64,000 bases of DNA from a virus: positions 1 to 64,000 of the IMG/VR virus record IMGVR_UViG_3300043425_001190; one strand, given 5' to 3'. Position numbers and translations under genes: made by a program. Within the stretch, counting starts at the first letter, position 1. Every line of letters begins with the position of its first letter. The notes below the pieces were generated by a model. That model was not told where the DNA came from, did not search any database, and was given only the letters and a program-made list of their open reading frames with translations. Of this stretch, positions 9,562 through 19,687 are shown one piece after another.

Positions 9562-9812
9562 TGATCACCAAAGAACAAATTGATGCTTCTTTTGCTGGCA
9601 CCAACTTCGGCAATGATGACCGGGTTTTCCTCATCTGTGACGCCATTGCTAAGAGTGCAGAAGGGTACGGCAACGGGTGGACAATCACCCAAATTTGCCG
9701 TGAGCTTGGTGTCCTCACCCAAAAAAGCACCGTCACTCTAAAAGGGTTGCAGTTCATCGCCGATAACCACGAAACATTCAACCGCATAGAAAGGGTATCA
9801 TTAAAACAATGA
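9561..9812 (+). CDS. hypothetical protein
   Basis: AAGGAG RBS; TAATG overlap. Confidence 0.7.
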   Translation: MITKEQIDASFAGTNFGNDDRVFLICDAIAKSAEGYGNGWTITQICRELGVLTQKSTVTLKGLQFIADNHETFNRIERVSLKQ

Positions 9813-10723
9813 CCCGCGTTAATGTTGGTATCTTTCCGTCTGAGCTATGCGACAAGCATCTGACAGCAGAATATAGAGAGATTATGAGGATACCAGGAAA
9901 TCTAGCCAAAAGGGTTGGCAAACCACCAGCCTTTTTTACTCTTGGAAAAGGGCACGTTTTATGGTGCACAGACCACATGGACCACATGGCCAGCAGGTTC
10001 AGCGCCATAAAGGAAGAGATGGTATACAGAGGTTTCAAGCCAAGTATGGACTGGCCATATAGTTGTGGTGATGCGTCAGGTGAAATCGCCTACGCAGAAT
10101 TTCAGCACGCCCGCCAGTTGCTTAAGGAACGAATTTTATTGATGCTACCAAAAAACGCAAAGTGGACAAACCGTGTTAAACCAGCATGGGTTCCACAAAC
10201 CATAGGAGATGATATGAAAATCACATACACAGCCGATGACGGAACAGAGTTTGATAACGAAAAAGACTGTTTGGAGCACGAAAGAAATCTGCCCATTACA
10301 GTAATATGGGCCGAAATCGTGGACTCTTTTTTCTCAAACGTTAATACGGGCAACCGACAATCTGTTGATATGGGAGACGCTTTGAAAGATTTGCTGAAAA
10401 CGCTGGTATCAAAAGCCGCCCTTACACATGAAGCCCACATTGATGCGGCCGAGCACGGCATGCCAACCGGGACATACACCGCCGATATCGGCGGTCTTTA
10501 CAATATTGAAGTTGATACCAAATTTATTACTATTACCGAAGCTGACAAAGAGTATATGGGGCCTGAGCATGATATGGATCAGCCACCTAGCGTTACCATC
10601 ACACAAAACGAAGATAGGAGTATGTCACTGCTGCTGATGAATCTTGGACATAAAACGTCCACCACCCTAGTGTTAAAGAACGGAATCTGGACTTTCGGGT
10701 CCAAATCAAACATCAACCACTGA
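9809..10723 (+). CDS. denV: pyrimidine-dimer DNA glycosylase (endonuclease V) in frame with a ~170-aa unknown C-terminal ORF
   Basis: MTRVN...L.DKHL.AEYREI.RI...FTLGKGHV...EM..RG matches T4 DenV; internal AGGAGA-ATG at 10214. Confidence 0.85.
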   Translation: MTRVNVGIFPSELCDKHLTAEYREIMRIPGNLAKRVGKPPAFFTLGKGHVLWCTDHMDHMASRFSAIKEEMVYRGFKPSMDWPYSCGDASGEIAYAEFQHARQLLKERILLMLPKNAKWTNRVKPAWVPQTIGDDMKITYTADDGTEFDNEKDCLEHERNLPITVIWAEIVDSFFSNVNTGNRQSVDMGDALKDLLKTLVSKAALTHEAHIDAAEHGMPTGTYTADIGGLYNIEVDTKFITITEADKEYMGPEHDMDQPPSVTITQNEDRSMSLLLMNLGHKTSTTLVLKNGIWTFGSKSNINH

Positions 10724-10739
10724 GAAAAGGAAAAATACC

Positions 10740-12786
10740 ATGTCTGAATTCAAACCCTTCGCTGTCGCCATCCACAACCACATCACCGCGCTTGGTTCCA
10801 AGTCCAAGCTCTACACCGTCGATATTGAGAAAGACGATATCTGGGCATCCTACCTGGCCGCATTCCCTGCCGGTTCTGACCCGATCTTCAAAGAGCGCAC
10901 TGAGCATGATTGCTCTTGCTGCCGTGGCTTTGTCAAGAATGCCGGCCTGGTGGTTGGTATCGTCAACGGAAAGAAAGTGTCGGTATGGGATGTGCCTGGT
11001 CTGGAAGAGCCGTACGCCACCGTGGCCAAAACCCTCGGTGACAAGGTACGTGCAGCCAAGATCAAAAACGTCTATCTCAACGACTCGGCTAAAGTCGGCA
11101 CTGCCGTCACCCCGGCACTGATCGGCGACAAAGCCTACAACTTCAATCATTTCCACGCCACCCTGCCGGCCAGTGCCGTCCACAACGACCGGGCCAACTC
11201 AATCGAATCGGTACAGGGTGTTTCCCGCACCAGCATGGAGGTGTTCCGCCGATCAATGGCTGAGCTGACCAGTGAATCGGCCAACATCGTTCTTGACCTA
11301 ATCAACCAAAACTCGCTATATCGTGGTCAGGAAAGCAAGGCTGCCGTCGAGCAGTTCCTGAAGACCAAACGCGAATTGTCCGCCGTCCCGGCTGACCAGT
11401 TTGACGAATGGTACTGGCTCAATTCCGACAGCTTCGCTGCCCGCATCCGCAACACGGCTATTGGTACCCTCCTCATCGATCTGTCCGGTGATGTCGACCT
11501 TGACACCGCCGTCCGGAAATTTGAGGCTGTCATGGCTCCCGCCAATTACAAGCGCCCCACCGCCATCGTCACCAAGGGCATGATCGCCCAGGCCGAAAAG
11601 ACCATCGTCGAACTCGGGTTTGAAAACTCCCTTGGTCGCCGCCATGCCGTCACCGACGATATCACCGTCAACAACGTCCTCTTTGTCAATCGTGATGTCA
11701 AGAAGAAGTTGGGTGGTGTCCTGTCCGTCCTTAAAGAAGACGTGCCTGAAAACCCCAAGAACTTCTCAAAGGTGGCAGAAATCAGCATCAACGATTTCAT
11801 TTCCAACGTTCTCCCCACCGCCTCTGAAATCGAAGTGATGCTTGAAGGCCGGCATGTCCCGAACATGGTCAGTCTGATTGCCCCCCTCCGACAAAGACAC
11901 CAAATGCATGCTCAAATGGAACAACAACTTCTCTTGGGCATACAACGGCGATATTGCCGACTCCGATATCAAAGCCAACGTCAAAGATGCCGGTGGCTCG
12001 GTTACCGGCGTTCTGCGTGCAAGTATGATGTGGAATGAATCCGGCAAGAACAACAACGATTATGACCTGCACTGCGTAGAACCGCGTGGCAAGCATATCC
12101 ATTTTGCTGACAAAATCAACCCCCGCACTGGCGGTAACCTTGACATCGATATCCGTGTCCCAAACCGTGAACGTCCTGGTAAACCGGCTGTTGAAAACAT
12201 CACATGGCCGGCAGTTGAGCGGATGGAAGAAGGGATGTATGAATTCTACGTCCACAACTTCAACCATTCAGGTGGTACCGATGGTTTCCGTGCCGAAATC
12301 GAGTTCAACGGTGAAGTCTTCAGTTTTGCCTGCAATCGTGACATCCGGCAGGGTGAAAAGGTTCCGTTAGCGAGAGTGGAATACACCAGGTCAAACGGGT
12401 TCAGAGTCGTCAGTGCGATGGACGGTGCTAACAGTGCTATCAAGTCCAAGGATGTCTGGGGTGTCAAAACCAACCAGTTCTCCAAGGTCGAGATGATGAT
12501 GTACTCCCCCAACTACTGGGACGGCCAAGACGGCATTGGCAACAAACACGTCATGTTCATGCTGCATGGCTGCAAGACCGAAAGCTCACCTCGCGGCTTC
12601 TTCAACGAATTCTTATCCAACGATCTCACCCCGCATCGCAAGGTGTTTGAGGTACTCGGCAGCAAGATGCGAGTTGACAGCTCGGACCAACAGCTTTCTG
12701 GTGTTGGATTCTCATCGACCCAACGAAACAGTGTCATCGTCCGGGTGAAAGGTCATACTGACCGAGTCATCCGCGTGACATTCTAA
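10740..12786 (+). pseudogene. large conserved-looking phage protein (~680 aa) split by a +1 frameshift in a C6 run at 11881-11886
   Basis: the same codon bias continues from ORF 10740 into the frame of ORF 11878; removing one C gives ..SLIAPSDKDTKCMLKWNNNFSWAY..; HDCSCC motif N-terminal, DLH..LDID..VENI (YfaP-like) motif C-terminal. Confidence 0.75.
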
Positions 12787-12796
12787 CAACGACCGC

Positions 12797-12820
12797 GTGC
12801 CCAGGGTCAACACTGGGCAC
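12797..12820 (+). other. intergenic stem-loop GTGCCCAG-N8-CTGGGCAC
   Basis: perfect 8-bp inverted repeat, no U-tract. Confidence 0.6.
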
Positions 12821-12855
12821 AAACCACAAGAAAGAACAAATACGGAGATACCACC

Positions 12856-13242
12856 ATGTCTGCAATCCTCATCGAAACCGCCATCCGCAAAAAATTCCGC
12901 TTCGCCACTGGCCGTGGAATGATCACCACTGAGGACCTTTGGGACCTCGGCCTCGAATCCCTCAACACCCTGGCTAAAGAAGCCAATCGCAAGGTCAAAG
13001 AAAGTGGTGAGGAAGACTTCCTCAAAGTCAACACCACCAACACTGAAGACAAACAACGATTCGAGGTCCTCAAATACATCCTCGATACCAAGCTCAAAGA
13101 ACAAGAAGTCCGCGCCTCCGCCGCCACCAAGAAAGCCGAACTCGACCGCCTCATCGCCCTCAAGGCCAACAAGGAAGAGGAAGCCCTTGGCAAACTCAGT
13201 GTCGAAGACATCGACGCCCGCATCGCAGCCCTGAAACAGTGA
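12856..13242 (+). CDS. coiled-coil phage protein, probable partner of the upstream gene
   Basis: RF.T.RG.IT.EDLWDL motif; strong codon bias; ACGGAG RBS. Confidence 0.75.
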   Translation: MSAILIETAIRKKFRFATGRGMITTEDLWDLGLESLNTLAKEANRKVKESGEEDFLKVNTTNTEDKQRFEVLKYILDTKLKEQEVRASAATKKAELDRLIALKANKEEEALGKLSVEDIDARIAALKQ

Positions 13243-13249
13243 GTCAATA

Positions 13250-13426
13250 ATGAAAATCAAAAATGGTGATCCCATTGTTGTCAATGGCCAAAAGATGATT
13301 TATGCCGGCGAGCATAAAACTGCTGGTTTCTTTTGGGCCGCTGTCATGAACAACGAGGGTAAACCGGTGTTGTCGGTACACGATGTTACACACATCAACC
13401 AACCAGCCACCACCGCCAAACACTAA
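13250..13426 (+). CDS. hypothetical protein (58 aa, not in ORF track)
   Basis: open frame MKIKNGDPIVVNGQ..TAKH filling the gap before a hairpin. Confidence 0.5.
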   Translation: MKIKNGDPIVVNGQKMIYAGEHKTAGFFWAAVMNNEGKPVLSVHDVTHINQPATTAKH

Positions 13427-13432
13427 CCAGCC

Positions 13433-13462
13433 AGAACCCCGGCCATAAAAAGCCGGGGTTCT
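13433..13462 (+). terminator. stem-loop / possible terminator
   Basis: AGAACCCCGGC-N8-GCCGGGGTTCT 11-bp stem. Confidence 0.55.
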
Positions 13463-13477
13463 CCATAGGAGAATACC

Positions 13478-13666
13478 ATGTCTATCGAAGCAAAAGATCT
13501 CAAAGTCGGAATGACCGTTATCAATCCTAACGGCCGACGCTACACCATCTCGCAGCTTGACTCAACCTCTAGCGGCATTGGTGTGTATAATCTAGAATCC
13601 GGGAAACACTTCCTTGAAAACCGGTCAGGTAAGAAAGTCAAGTATGTCTTAGTCAATGGGGGTTAA
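13478..13666 (+). CDS. hypothetical protein
   Basis: AGGAGA RBS. Confidence 0.65.
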   Translation: MSIEAKDLKVGMTVINPNGRRYTISQLDSTSSGIGVYNLESGKHFLENRSGKKVKYVLVNGG

Positions 13667-13667
13667 C

Positions 13668-13955
13668 ATGAGCACCGTAGAAGCGGGAGAGTTCCCAACA
13701 CTGGCCGACTTTATCTCATATCTCATCAAGTATAAGAACCCACCAGAAAAATGGGTTACGATGAACGCCACTATTGAAGGTCGCAAGGTCGCTTTAAAGT
13801 TATGGCGGTATAGCTGTCAGTCTTGGAGTATTAGCAGGATTAATCTACCAGATGTGATGGTCAGATGCAACGATGCCGGCCCCAGTGATGCCAAGCGCCA
13901 GCAGTTGACAGACTGGTTTACAGCATCGTTCACTCACTACAAATCAACGTACTGA
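13668..13955 (+). CDS. hypothetical protein
   Basis: GGGGG RBS; ATG right after the upstream stop. Confidence 0.6.
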   Translation: MSTVEAGEFPTLADFISYLIKYKNPPEKWVTMNATIEGRKVALKLWRYSCQSWSISRINLPDVMVRCNDAGPSDAKRQQLTDWFTASFTHYKSTY

Positions 13956-13967
13956 CAGGAGTAAGGC

Positions 13968-14207
13968 ATGAATACGAAAACAAAAGAAGTTGAACTTGTT
14001 ACCGTTACAATGCATTTCAGACGCAACGGCGTTAAGATTGGGTCAAGGACATTCGACATCAATAACGTGTCTGGTAAACTTGGGATCAGTGGTTATACCC
14101 ACAACGATTTCACGTTGACCGCCGTTGGCGTGGATGGTAAGAAGTACCGACCGCGTGGTATCCGAGTTGTTAACGGCAAACTAGTCATTGATAACGAAGG
14201 AAAATGA
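13968..14207 (+). CDS. hypothetical protein
   Basis: AGGAG RBS. Confidence 0.65.
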   Translation: MNTKTKEVELVTVTMHFRRNGVKIGSRTFDINNVSGKLGISGYTHNDFTLTAVGVDGKKYRPRGIRVVNGKLVIDNEGK

Positions 14208-14208
14208 C

Positions 14209-14622
14209 ATGAGTCACCCAACCCCATACGCATTATTTGGGTTCCGTGTTGATGATAGAATGATTAGCCAAGACCATATTGGGATGACCGAAGGAAGGGA
14301 AGTCAAGCAGTATGACCGAAACACTGGCGAACCTACTGACCCGTTAGTTTATGCCCCAGCCAAATGTTACACGGTTGGTGGAAGACCGCATTATACCCTA
14401 GAAGACTTTATCAGCTACTTCCTCAGACACCATGGTATTAAGGCAGAATCCTTCAAACAGTATCAGGGTAGTGTGATAATAGGGTATAGTTGCGACCATC
14501 GTGGCTTCATCAAACTCAACGCGATGAATGTCAGGTTGTTGAGACTAAAGGACGACCTCAAACGTCTTGGGGTTAAGCTTGAAGGCTCGGCCACCATTAT
14601 CCCAGGAATTGAGTACCTCTGA
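14209..14622 (+). CDS. hypothetical protein
   Basis: AAGGA RBS; operon packing. Confidence 0.65.
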   Translation: MSHPTPYALFGFRVDDRMISQDHIGMTEGREVKQYDRNTGEPTDPLVYAPAKCYTVGGRPHYTLEDFISYFLRHHGIKAESFKQYQGSVIIGYSCDHRGFIKLNAMNVRLLRLKDDLKRLGVKLEGSATIIPGIEYL

Positions 14623-14651
14623 TTGACACGTACCCAGGAAAGCGTTAACTT
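14623..14651 (+). promoter_or_regulatory. sigma70-type promoter TTGACA-17-TAACTT upstream of rIIA
   Basis: consensus -35 with 17-bp spacer in an intergenic gap. Confidence 0.65.
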
Positions 14652-14679
14652 GAACAAATAAAACAATAAAGGCACGATC

Positions 14680-16920
14680 ATGGAAATCTTACAAGAAAAA
14701 AGCTCGATGGTCATTGACGGCGATGTCGAGCAGAGAAAATTTTATATCGGCGATGAGCAAATGATCCTCACCCACCTGCGTTCTGGCATTTATCAGAACC
14801 GCATTGCATCACCGGTCCGCGAGGTCATTTCAAACGCTGTTGACGCCAACGTAGAAAACGGAAAGCTGGCCGGCGATGTCATCATCCAACGTCCAACCAT
14901 GCTGTGCGGCGATTATACCGTAACCGACCAAGGTAAGGGGATGAGCCCCGAAATCATCGACAAGGTGTTGATGGGATATGGTAATAGCACCAAACGCCAG
15001 GACAACAACCAAATTGGTGGTTTCGGAGTTGGAGCCAAGAGTCCTCTCGCCTACACCGACTCGTTCACGACCTTTACCACGTGGCTCCAGGATGGGGAAC
15101 TGTGGTCCGCCCAGTACATGATTGCTGTTGATGGCGGTGTTCAGGATATGATCACCCTCACTCCCCCGCACCGTGATCATGAGGCCACGCACACCGGAAC
15201 AAAAGTTACCATTCCTGTTAAGAAGCAAGACACCACCTCGTTCCTTCAGTACTCTGACGTATACGAGCAGTGCTTAATGGGTCGCCATTCCGCAATGAAC
15301 TCGTATACGATACAATCAATTGATGAAGATTGCATTAAACTCAGAAGTTACAACAACACCAACTGTTTCATGTACCAAGAATACGGACAGTGTATGGTTA
15401 TTGTTGGTGGTGTTCCATACAAGTACGATATTGATCGCATTGAACGTGCTAAAGGGTGGAAGTTCCCCGGAGCCAAGTACCAGCTGGTCATCGAAGTGCC
15501 CATCGGTGCCGTTACTGTGAACTTGTCTCGTGAGGGCATTGTAGACAACACCAAAAACCGGGCTGTTATCAACGGGTTGTTCAACGACGTGTTTAACAAG
15601 AAAGCTGAAGAAGCCAAGGCAGTACCAGACCTTGATACCGAGTTGGCCGTCAGACTGCTGTCGTTGGGGTTGAGCCAAGAGTTGGTAAACCACATCTCGG
15701 CATACCTGTCCCCGGCCGAGGAGAGGATTGATACCTACCTCACCAGAAGGTTGCTTGGTGTTGAGTACAAAGAGATTAAAAAGAAACTGCGGATGAAGAT
15801 TGCCAAGGTTGATGTTATTGGTGTTGAAGATTGCGACAGCATAGATAGCCCAAAAGAGTTGGTTGATGCGTTGAATAGCAATGGCAATAACGTTTTTTGC
15901 TGCACCACCATAAAAGATGACACCATCCTGTATCAACACAGTGAATGGATTCCGTACATCGCCAACAACTTAAAGCTCAAAGCCGGGGTGGTGATAATCG
16001 CCGTTGAGAAAGCCATCATGGGAGACCAAGCCTACAGTCTGGCATACAACAAAAATCCAGATGACCTGATGAAACACCTGGCCCCGCATGGAATGTACCC
16101 TAAACTGGTCCCCGCTTTCAAGAAAATGAAAAGTTTCGAAAAACGTGAACCGAGCCCGGTTGACAACGAACTGGTTAGGGTGTTAAAGTTTGAAAACGCC
16201 AGAGTGATTTCTGAAACAGTGGCGGTAAAAGATCTATCTAACGAGTACGAGTACATTTATGATAACAGCAGTGTCTTTGACAGCGGCAGCTATTCAAGCT
16301 CAAATAGCGCAATCAACAACACACTCATCGACCTTATTGGGGCCGAAAACACCGATGGTATCGCCTGCATCAGACTGCCAGAAAATAAGACCACCAGCAA
16401 GAGAATTTTAAAGTACCTTTCGTTGTGGGGGTTCGATGTGTCTCCGTACACCAGGGATGACAAGATCGAATTTGGCAGCTACTTCAACGATGCCCGTGCC
16501 GAGGTATGGTCATCATCCACTCAATCATCAATTGACTCGTACCTTGGCGATCTGGTAAAAGCTGGTTTGACTGCCTGTCAAATCAGACAGCCAATCAGCA
16601 CAACAAAGGTGTTCTTCTCTAAGCCGGTGAATAAAGTTAACCTAGCTAAAACTATGTTGATTTACATGGCCGAATACAACAACGATCTTGGCCGGTTGAT
16701 TGGCAGAGAACGCTCAACCGGCCGGTATGTTGCGGTACACGAAATGGTGGCCATATCCGACGGTAAAGATCCAGTCATCATTGACAAAAAGATTAAAACC
16801 GGCAGCTATTCGTGCCCTACCATGGATGGGATCAATATCAGAGAAGAGTTTCATAAACTCAGGTCATCAAAATATGATTATACCACAGCCAACATCACAT
16901 TTGAAGAAGGAGCCATCTAA
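14680..16920 (+). CDS. rIIA: RIIA lysis-inhibition protein (GHKL ATPase N-terminus)
   Basis: REVISNAVDA, DQGKGMS, STK...IGGFGVGAKSPLAYTDSF; directly followed by rIIB. Confidence 0.9.
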   Translation: MEILQEKSSMVIDGDVEQRKFYIGDEQMILTHLRSGIYQNRIASPVREVISNAVDANVENGKLAGDVIIQRPTMLCGDYTVTDQGKGMSPEIIDKVLMGYGNSTKRQDNNQIGGFGVGAKSPLAYTDSFTTFTTWLQDGELWSAQYMIAVDGGVQDMITLTPPHRDHEATHTGTKVTIPVKKQDTTSFLQYSDVYEQCLMGRHSAMNSYTIQSIDEDCIKLRSYNNTNCFMYQEYGQCMVIVGGVPYKYDIDRIERAKGWKFPGAKYQLVIEVPIGAVTVNLSREGIVDNTKNRAVINGLFNDVFNKKAEEAKAVPDLDTELAVRLLSLGLSQELVNHISAYLSPAEERIDTYLTRRLLGVEYKEIKKKLRMKIAKVDVIGVEDCDSIDSPKELVDALNSNGNNVFCCTTIKDDTILYQHSEWIPYIANNLKLKAGVVIIAVEKAIMGDQAYSLAYNKNPDDLMKHLAPHGMYPKLVPAFKKMKSFEKREPSPVDNELVRVLKFENARVISETVAVKDLSNEYEYIYDNSSVFDSGSYSSSNSAINNTLIDLIGAENTDGIACIRLPENKTTSKRILKYLSLWGFDVSPYTRDDKIEFGSYFNDARAEVWSSSTQSSIDSYLGDLVKAGLTACQIRQPISTTKVFFSKPVNKVNLAKTMLIYMAEYNNDLGRLIGRERSTGRYVAVHEMVAISDGKDPVIIDKKIKTGSYSCPTMDGINIREEFHKLRSSKYDYTTANITFEEGAI

Positions 16921-17837
16921 TGAGCATCTCAATCGTCATCACCGCCACAATGGCGGTAGCCACCAACAACGGGTACACCGTCAACATCATCCAAAGCCAA
17001 AACCCAGAAGCTTACGAGCAGATCGTAAAGATCATCAAGGCCCGGAAAGCCGGGGCTCGTGAAGCGGCATGGGAGGTGGCCGAGGCTAACGACCCTATTG
17101 CCATTTTGAAAAAGAAGGTTAAAAGTGACCGCATCGCTATCAAGGATGGGCACGTATTTATTGACGGCCGTGATTTGGCCGATAGTGCCTTGGATGCACG
17201 AATTTACGATTTGATACAATCTGGCCATAGCATCAGCCGGATGATCAAATTCTTCGACCGGGTTAAGGCCAACCCAAGTCCCGAATCGGTGAAGGACATT
17301 TTCACCTTCCTTGAGAAAAACCGCATTGAAATCAGCGAACGCGGTGAGTTGCTGACATATAAGAAGGTTAGACGCAAAGCTGACGGTACCATGTGGGACT
17401 GCCATAACGGTACGGTTGAATACAAAATCGGTGTTGCTACCACAATGAAGCGAAGTGACTGTGATCACGACAGAAATTCGCATTGTAGCCGTGGATTGCA
17501 TATCTCTGGGTGGGGGTACTCGTTCAACGGTGATGTCAAGCTGCTGTGTGCCATCGACCCGGCTGATGTGGTTGCTGTCCCTACCGACCATAATGGCCAG
17601 AAGATGCGGGCATGCAAGGTTACACCGCTGTGTGAGTATAACCACTCAGAACCGCTCAACATCGAACTGGTGTCTGGTAAAGCCCGTCTGGGTAAGGTGT
17701 TCCATAAGGTTTCGGTAACCAAAGCCAAGGAAATCGCCGAGGCAATCGAAACCAAAGGCCGAAGTGCGATGAAGAAGGATAACCAAACCAAGATCAAGAA
17801 GATCAAAGCCGGCAAGAAACGCGGTAATAAGAAATAA
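16920..17837 (+). CDS. rIIB: RIIB protein
   Basis: NPS..S...F.FL, YKKV, CSRGLH, IDPADVVAVP.D....KMR.C motifs; TAATG overlap with rIIA. Confidence 0.9.
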   Translation: MSISIVITATMAVATNNGYTVNIIQSQNPEAYEQIVKIIKARKAGAREAAWEVAEANDPIAILKKKVKSDRIAIKDGHVFIDGRDLADSALDARIYDLIQSGHSISRMIKFFDRVKANPSPESVKDIFTFLEKNRIEISERGELLTYKKVRRKADGTMWDCHNGTVEYKIGVATTMKRSDCDHDRNSHCSRGLHISGWGYSFNGDVKLLCAIDPADVVAVPTDHNGQKMRACKVTPLCEYNHSEPLNIELVSGKARLGKVFHKVSVTKAKEIAEAIETKGRSAMKKDNQTKIKKIKAGKKRGNKK

Positions 17838-17844
17838 GAAACAC

Positions 17845-17867
17845 GGGGCGGCCACCAAGGCCGCCCC
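17845..17867 (+). terminator. stem-loop after rIIB
   Basis: GGGGCGGCC-ACCAA-GGCCGCCCC; no U-tract. Confidence 0.5.
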
Positions 17868-17887
17868 TAAACATACGGAGACGTGAC

Positions 17888-18124
17888 ATGTACAACATCC
17901 AAGAACCCGGCCATCAGGGTTGCACCAACACATATTTTTGGTTTACATCATCGGTCGACGAGAACGGTGAGGTTGCCGAGTGTGTGAAGTTAGATCACAA
18001 CCTATACACAGTGTACCACCGGTCAGAAGGTGGAGAGGTAACGTTTATTGACCACAAAACAAACAAATCTGACGCCATGCTGGTTGTGGCTGTCATGAAC
18101 ACAGAGGAGAAAGAAGATGAATGA
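17888..18124 (+). CDS. hypothetical protein
   Basis: ACGGAG RBS. Confidence 0.6.
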   Translation: MYNIQEPGHQGCTNTYFWFTSSVDENGEVAECVKLDHNLYTVYHRSEGGEVTFIDHKTNKSDAMLVVAVMNTEEKEDE

Positions 18125-18467
18125 TGTCCCATGCCCAAAAGGATCTGAGTTTTACATCCTTCGCAGAACTCCGGCGTGTGCCTATACATCAACAAACCTG
18201 CCGGGGTTAAAAATGATAGTAAACTATATGGATGAGATTTTGTCTACCATTGGTATTTGTGGTATAGGCCATCATGCTTTAACTGTTAGATATCTGGAGA
18301 CTAATACCATCCCAGACTCAATGGATCAGTCATCGCTGATGTATTACAGTTATTATATGGTAGACGACAACGGTATGCCAACAAACATACCAATACCAAA
18401 TATCAAAGAGTTCATGCAATCGAGATACAAATACGAAAACGTCATAAGAAACGAGGCATTATCATGA
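18117..18467 (+). CDS. hypothetical protein
   Basis: GAGGAG RBS; overlaps neighbours. Confidence 0.6.
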   Translation: MNDVPCPKGSEFYILRRTPACAYTSTNLPGLKMIVNYMDEILSTIGICGIGHHALTVRYLETNTIPDSMDQSSLMYYSYYMVDDNGMPTNIPIPNIKEFMQSRYKYENVIRNEALS

Positions 18468-18865
18468 CCACACTACTATCATTAATGTTAATGCTTGAAC
18501 CAACAGAGGCCGAGTACAAGAAGGCTTGGTCGGTTATCACGGTGGTTGAGTCTGAGCGAAACCCGAATGCGTACAGGAAGGAGGAAGGTGCAGTTGGCAT
18601 CGCTCAGATACGACAGGCTTATCTAACGGATTCTGGTGTCAAAGCCACATTAAAAGATATGTACGACCCAGCTATATCGTATAAGGTGTATCGTGGGTAT
18701 ATGAAGCGCTATAAACCACAGAGTTATGAAGAAATCTTCAGACTACACAACGGTGGACCAGGGTGGAAAATAAAACGACATCTGACCGAGAAATACATGA
18801 CCAAAATACGCATTGCCAGCCTTCGTCTCAGCTCAGCTGTTGAACAACGGCTGGCATCGCGTTAA
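18464..18865 (+). CDS. lysozyme-like / lytic transglycosylase-fold protein
   Basis: VES.....A......A.G..QI....D and R.HNGGP motifs; short hydrophobic N-terminus. Confidence 0.75.
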   Translation: MTTLLSLMLMLEPTEAEYKKAWSVITVVESERNPNAYRKEEGAVGIAQIRQAYLTDSGVKATLKDMYDPAISYKVYRGYMKRYKPQSYEEIFRLHNGGPGWKIKRHLTEKYMTKIRIASLRLSSAVEQRLASR

Positions 18866-18868
18866 ATT
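18840..18868 (+). promoter_or_regulatory. sigma70-type promoter TTGAAC-17-TAAATT
   Basis: 17-bp spacer ending in GCGT as in the rIIA promoter. Confidence 0.45.
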
Positions 18869-18886
18869 TTTACAGGAGAAAAGAAA

Positions 18887-19342
18887 ATGAGCCAATACGA
18901 ACAGTACCTTGACCAATCACTCGACGGTCTTGTTGATTTCATAATGAAGGGCGGCGTTTCCGATTCCGGTGGGGCTGACTACCAGCTCAAACATATTGCC
19001 AACGAATGGATGGTTGGTGAAACTGTACGGGCTAATAAAGAAGTTGTTATTTCGCATAACCAGGCCAAAAGCGGCGAGATGATGAGAGAGTCTTATAAGC
19101 GGTATGAATCAATCGCCGATCGTTATTTGCCTGGGATTTTCTTTTCTCACCTTGCCTCAACAACAGAGCCTGGTAGGGTGATATTATACTTCAGGCTAAG
19201 CAGTTCCAAATCTCATACTGGAAAGACAATTTTCTTTGCTGGCATCAACGAGAACTGGAGAATTTCAGACCTAGTGGCAGACTGCATCCTCAATAGACAT
19301 AATCTTGTCGATCTAATACGTAAAAAAGGAGAATTGTTATGA
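18887..19342 (+). CDS. hypothetical protein
   Basis: AGGAGA RBS. Confidence 0.7.
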   Translation: MSQYEQYLDQSLDGLVDFIMKGGVSDSGGADYQLKHIANEWMVGETVRANKEVVISHNQAKSGEMMRESYKRYESIADRYLPGIFFSHLASTTEPGRVILYFRLSSSKSHTGKTIFFAGINENWRISDLVADCILNRHNLVDLIRKKGELL

Positions 19343-19677
19343 AAAAGCGTGACAAATCAATCTACGACCAAAACACTATTGACACCATCCATCTGATCGC
19401 CGTGGCCGGCACCGATGTAGACTTTGTCAAAAAGTGCACCAGTATGCCACCAGATCATCCGGTCATGAAATATATAATGTCATTCGTTAAAACTGTTGAA
19501 GGCGTTCACGTACTAGAGATTGCCAGACGGTACAACATGTCTGCCTCCAACTTTGGCAAGATCGGCCCGGTTTTAATCAACAGCCAAGAGTTGTTTGTCA
19601 TTGACACCCTTATGGGTGGACTCTGTGAGGTGGCCACTGAAATGGCGGTTGAAGGTTTCTCCGAGGTTTTAAAATAA
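19339..19677 (+). CDS. hypothetical protein
   Basis: AAGGAGA RBS; ATGA overlap. Confidence 0.7.
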   Translation: MKKRDKSIYDQNTIDTIHLIAVAGTDVDFVKKCTSMPPDHPVMKYIMSFVKTVEGVHVLEIARRYNMSASNFGKIGPVLINSQELFVIDTLMGGLCEVATEMAVEGFSEVLK

Positions 19678-19687
19678 TTCTAGGTGG

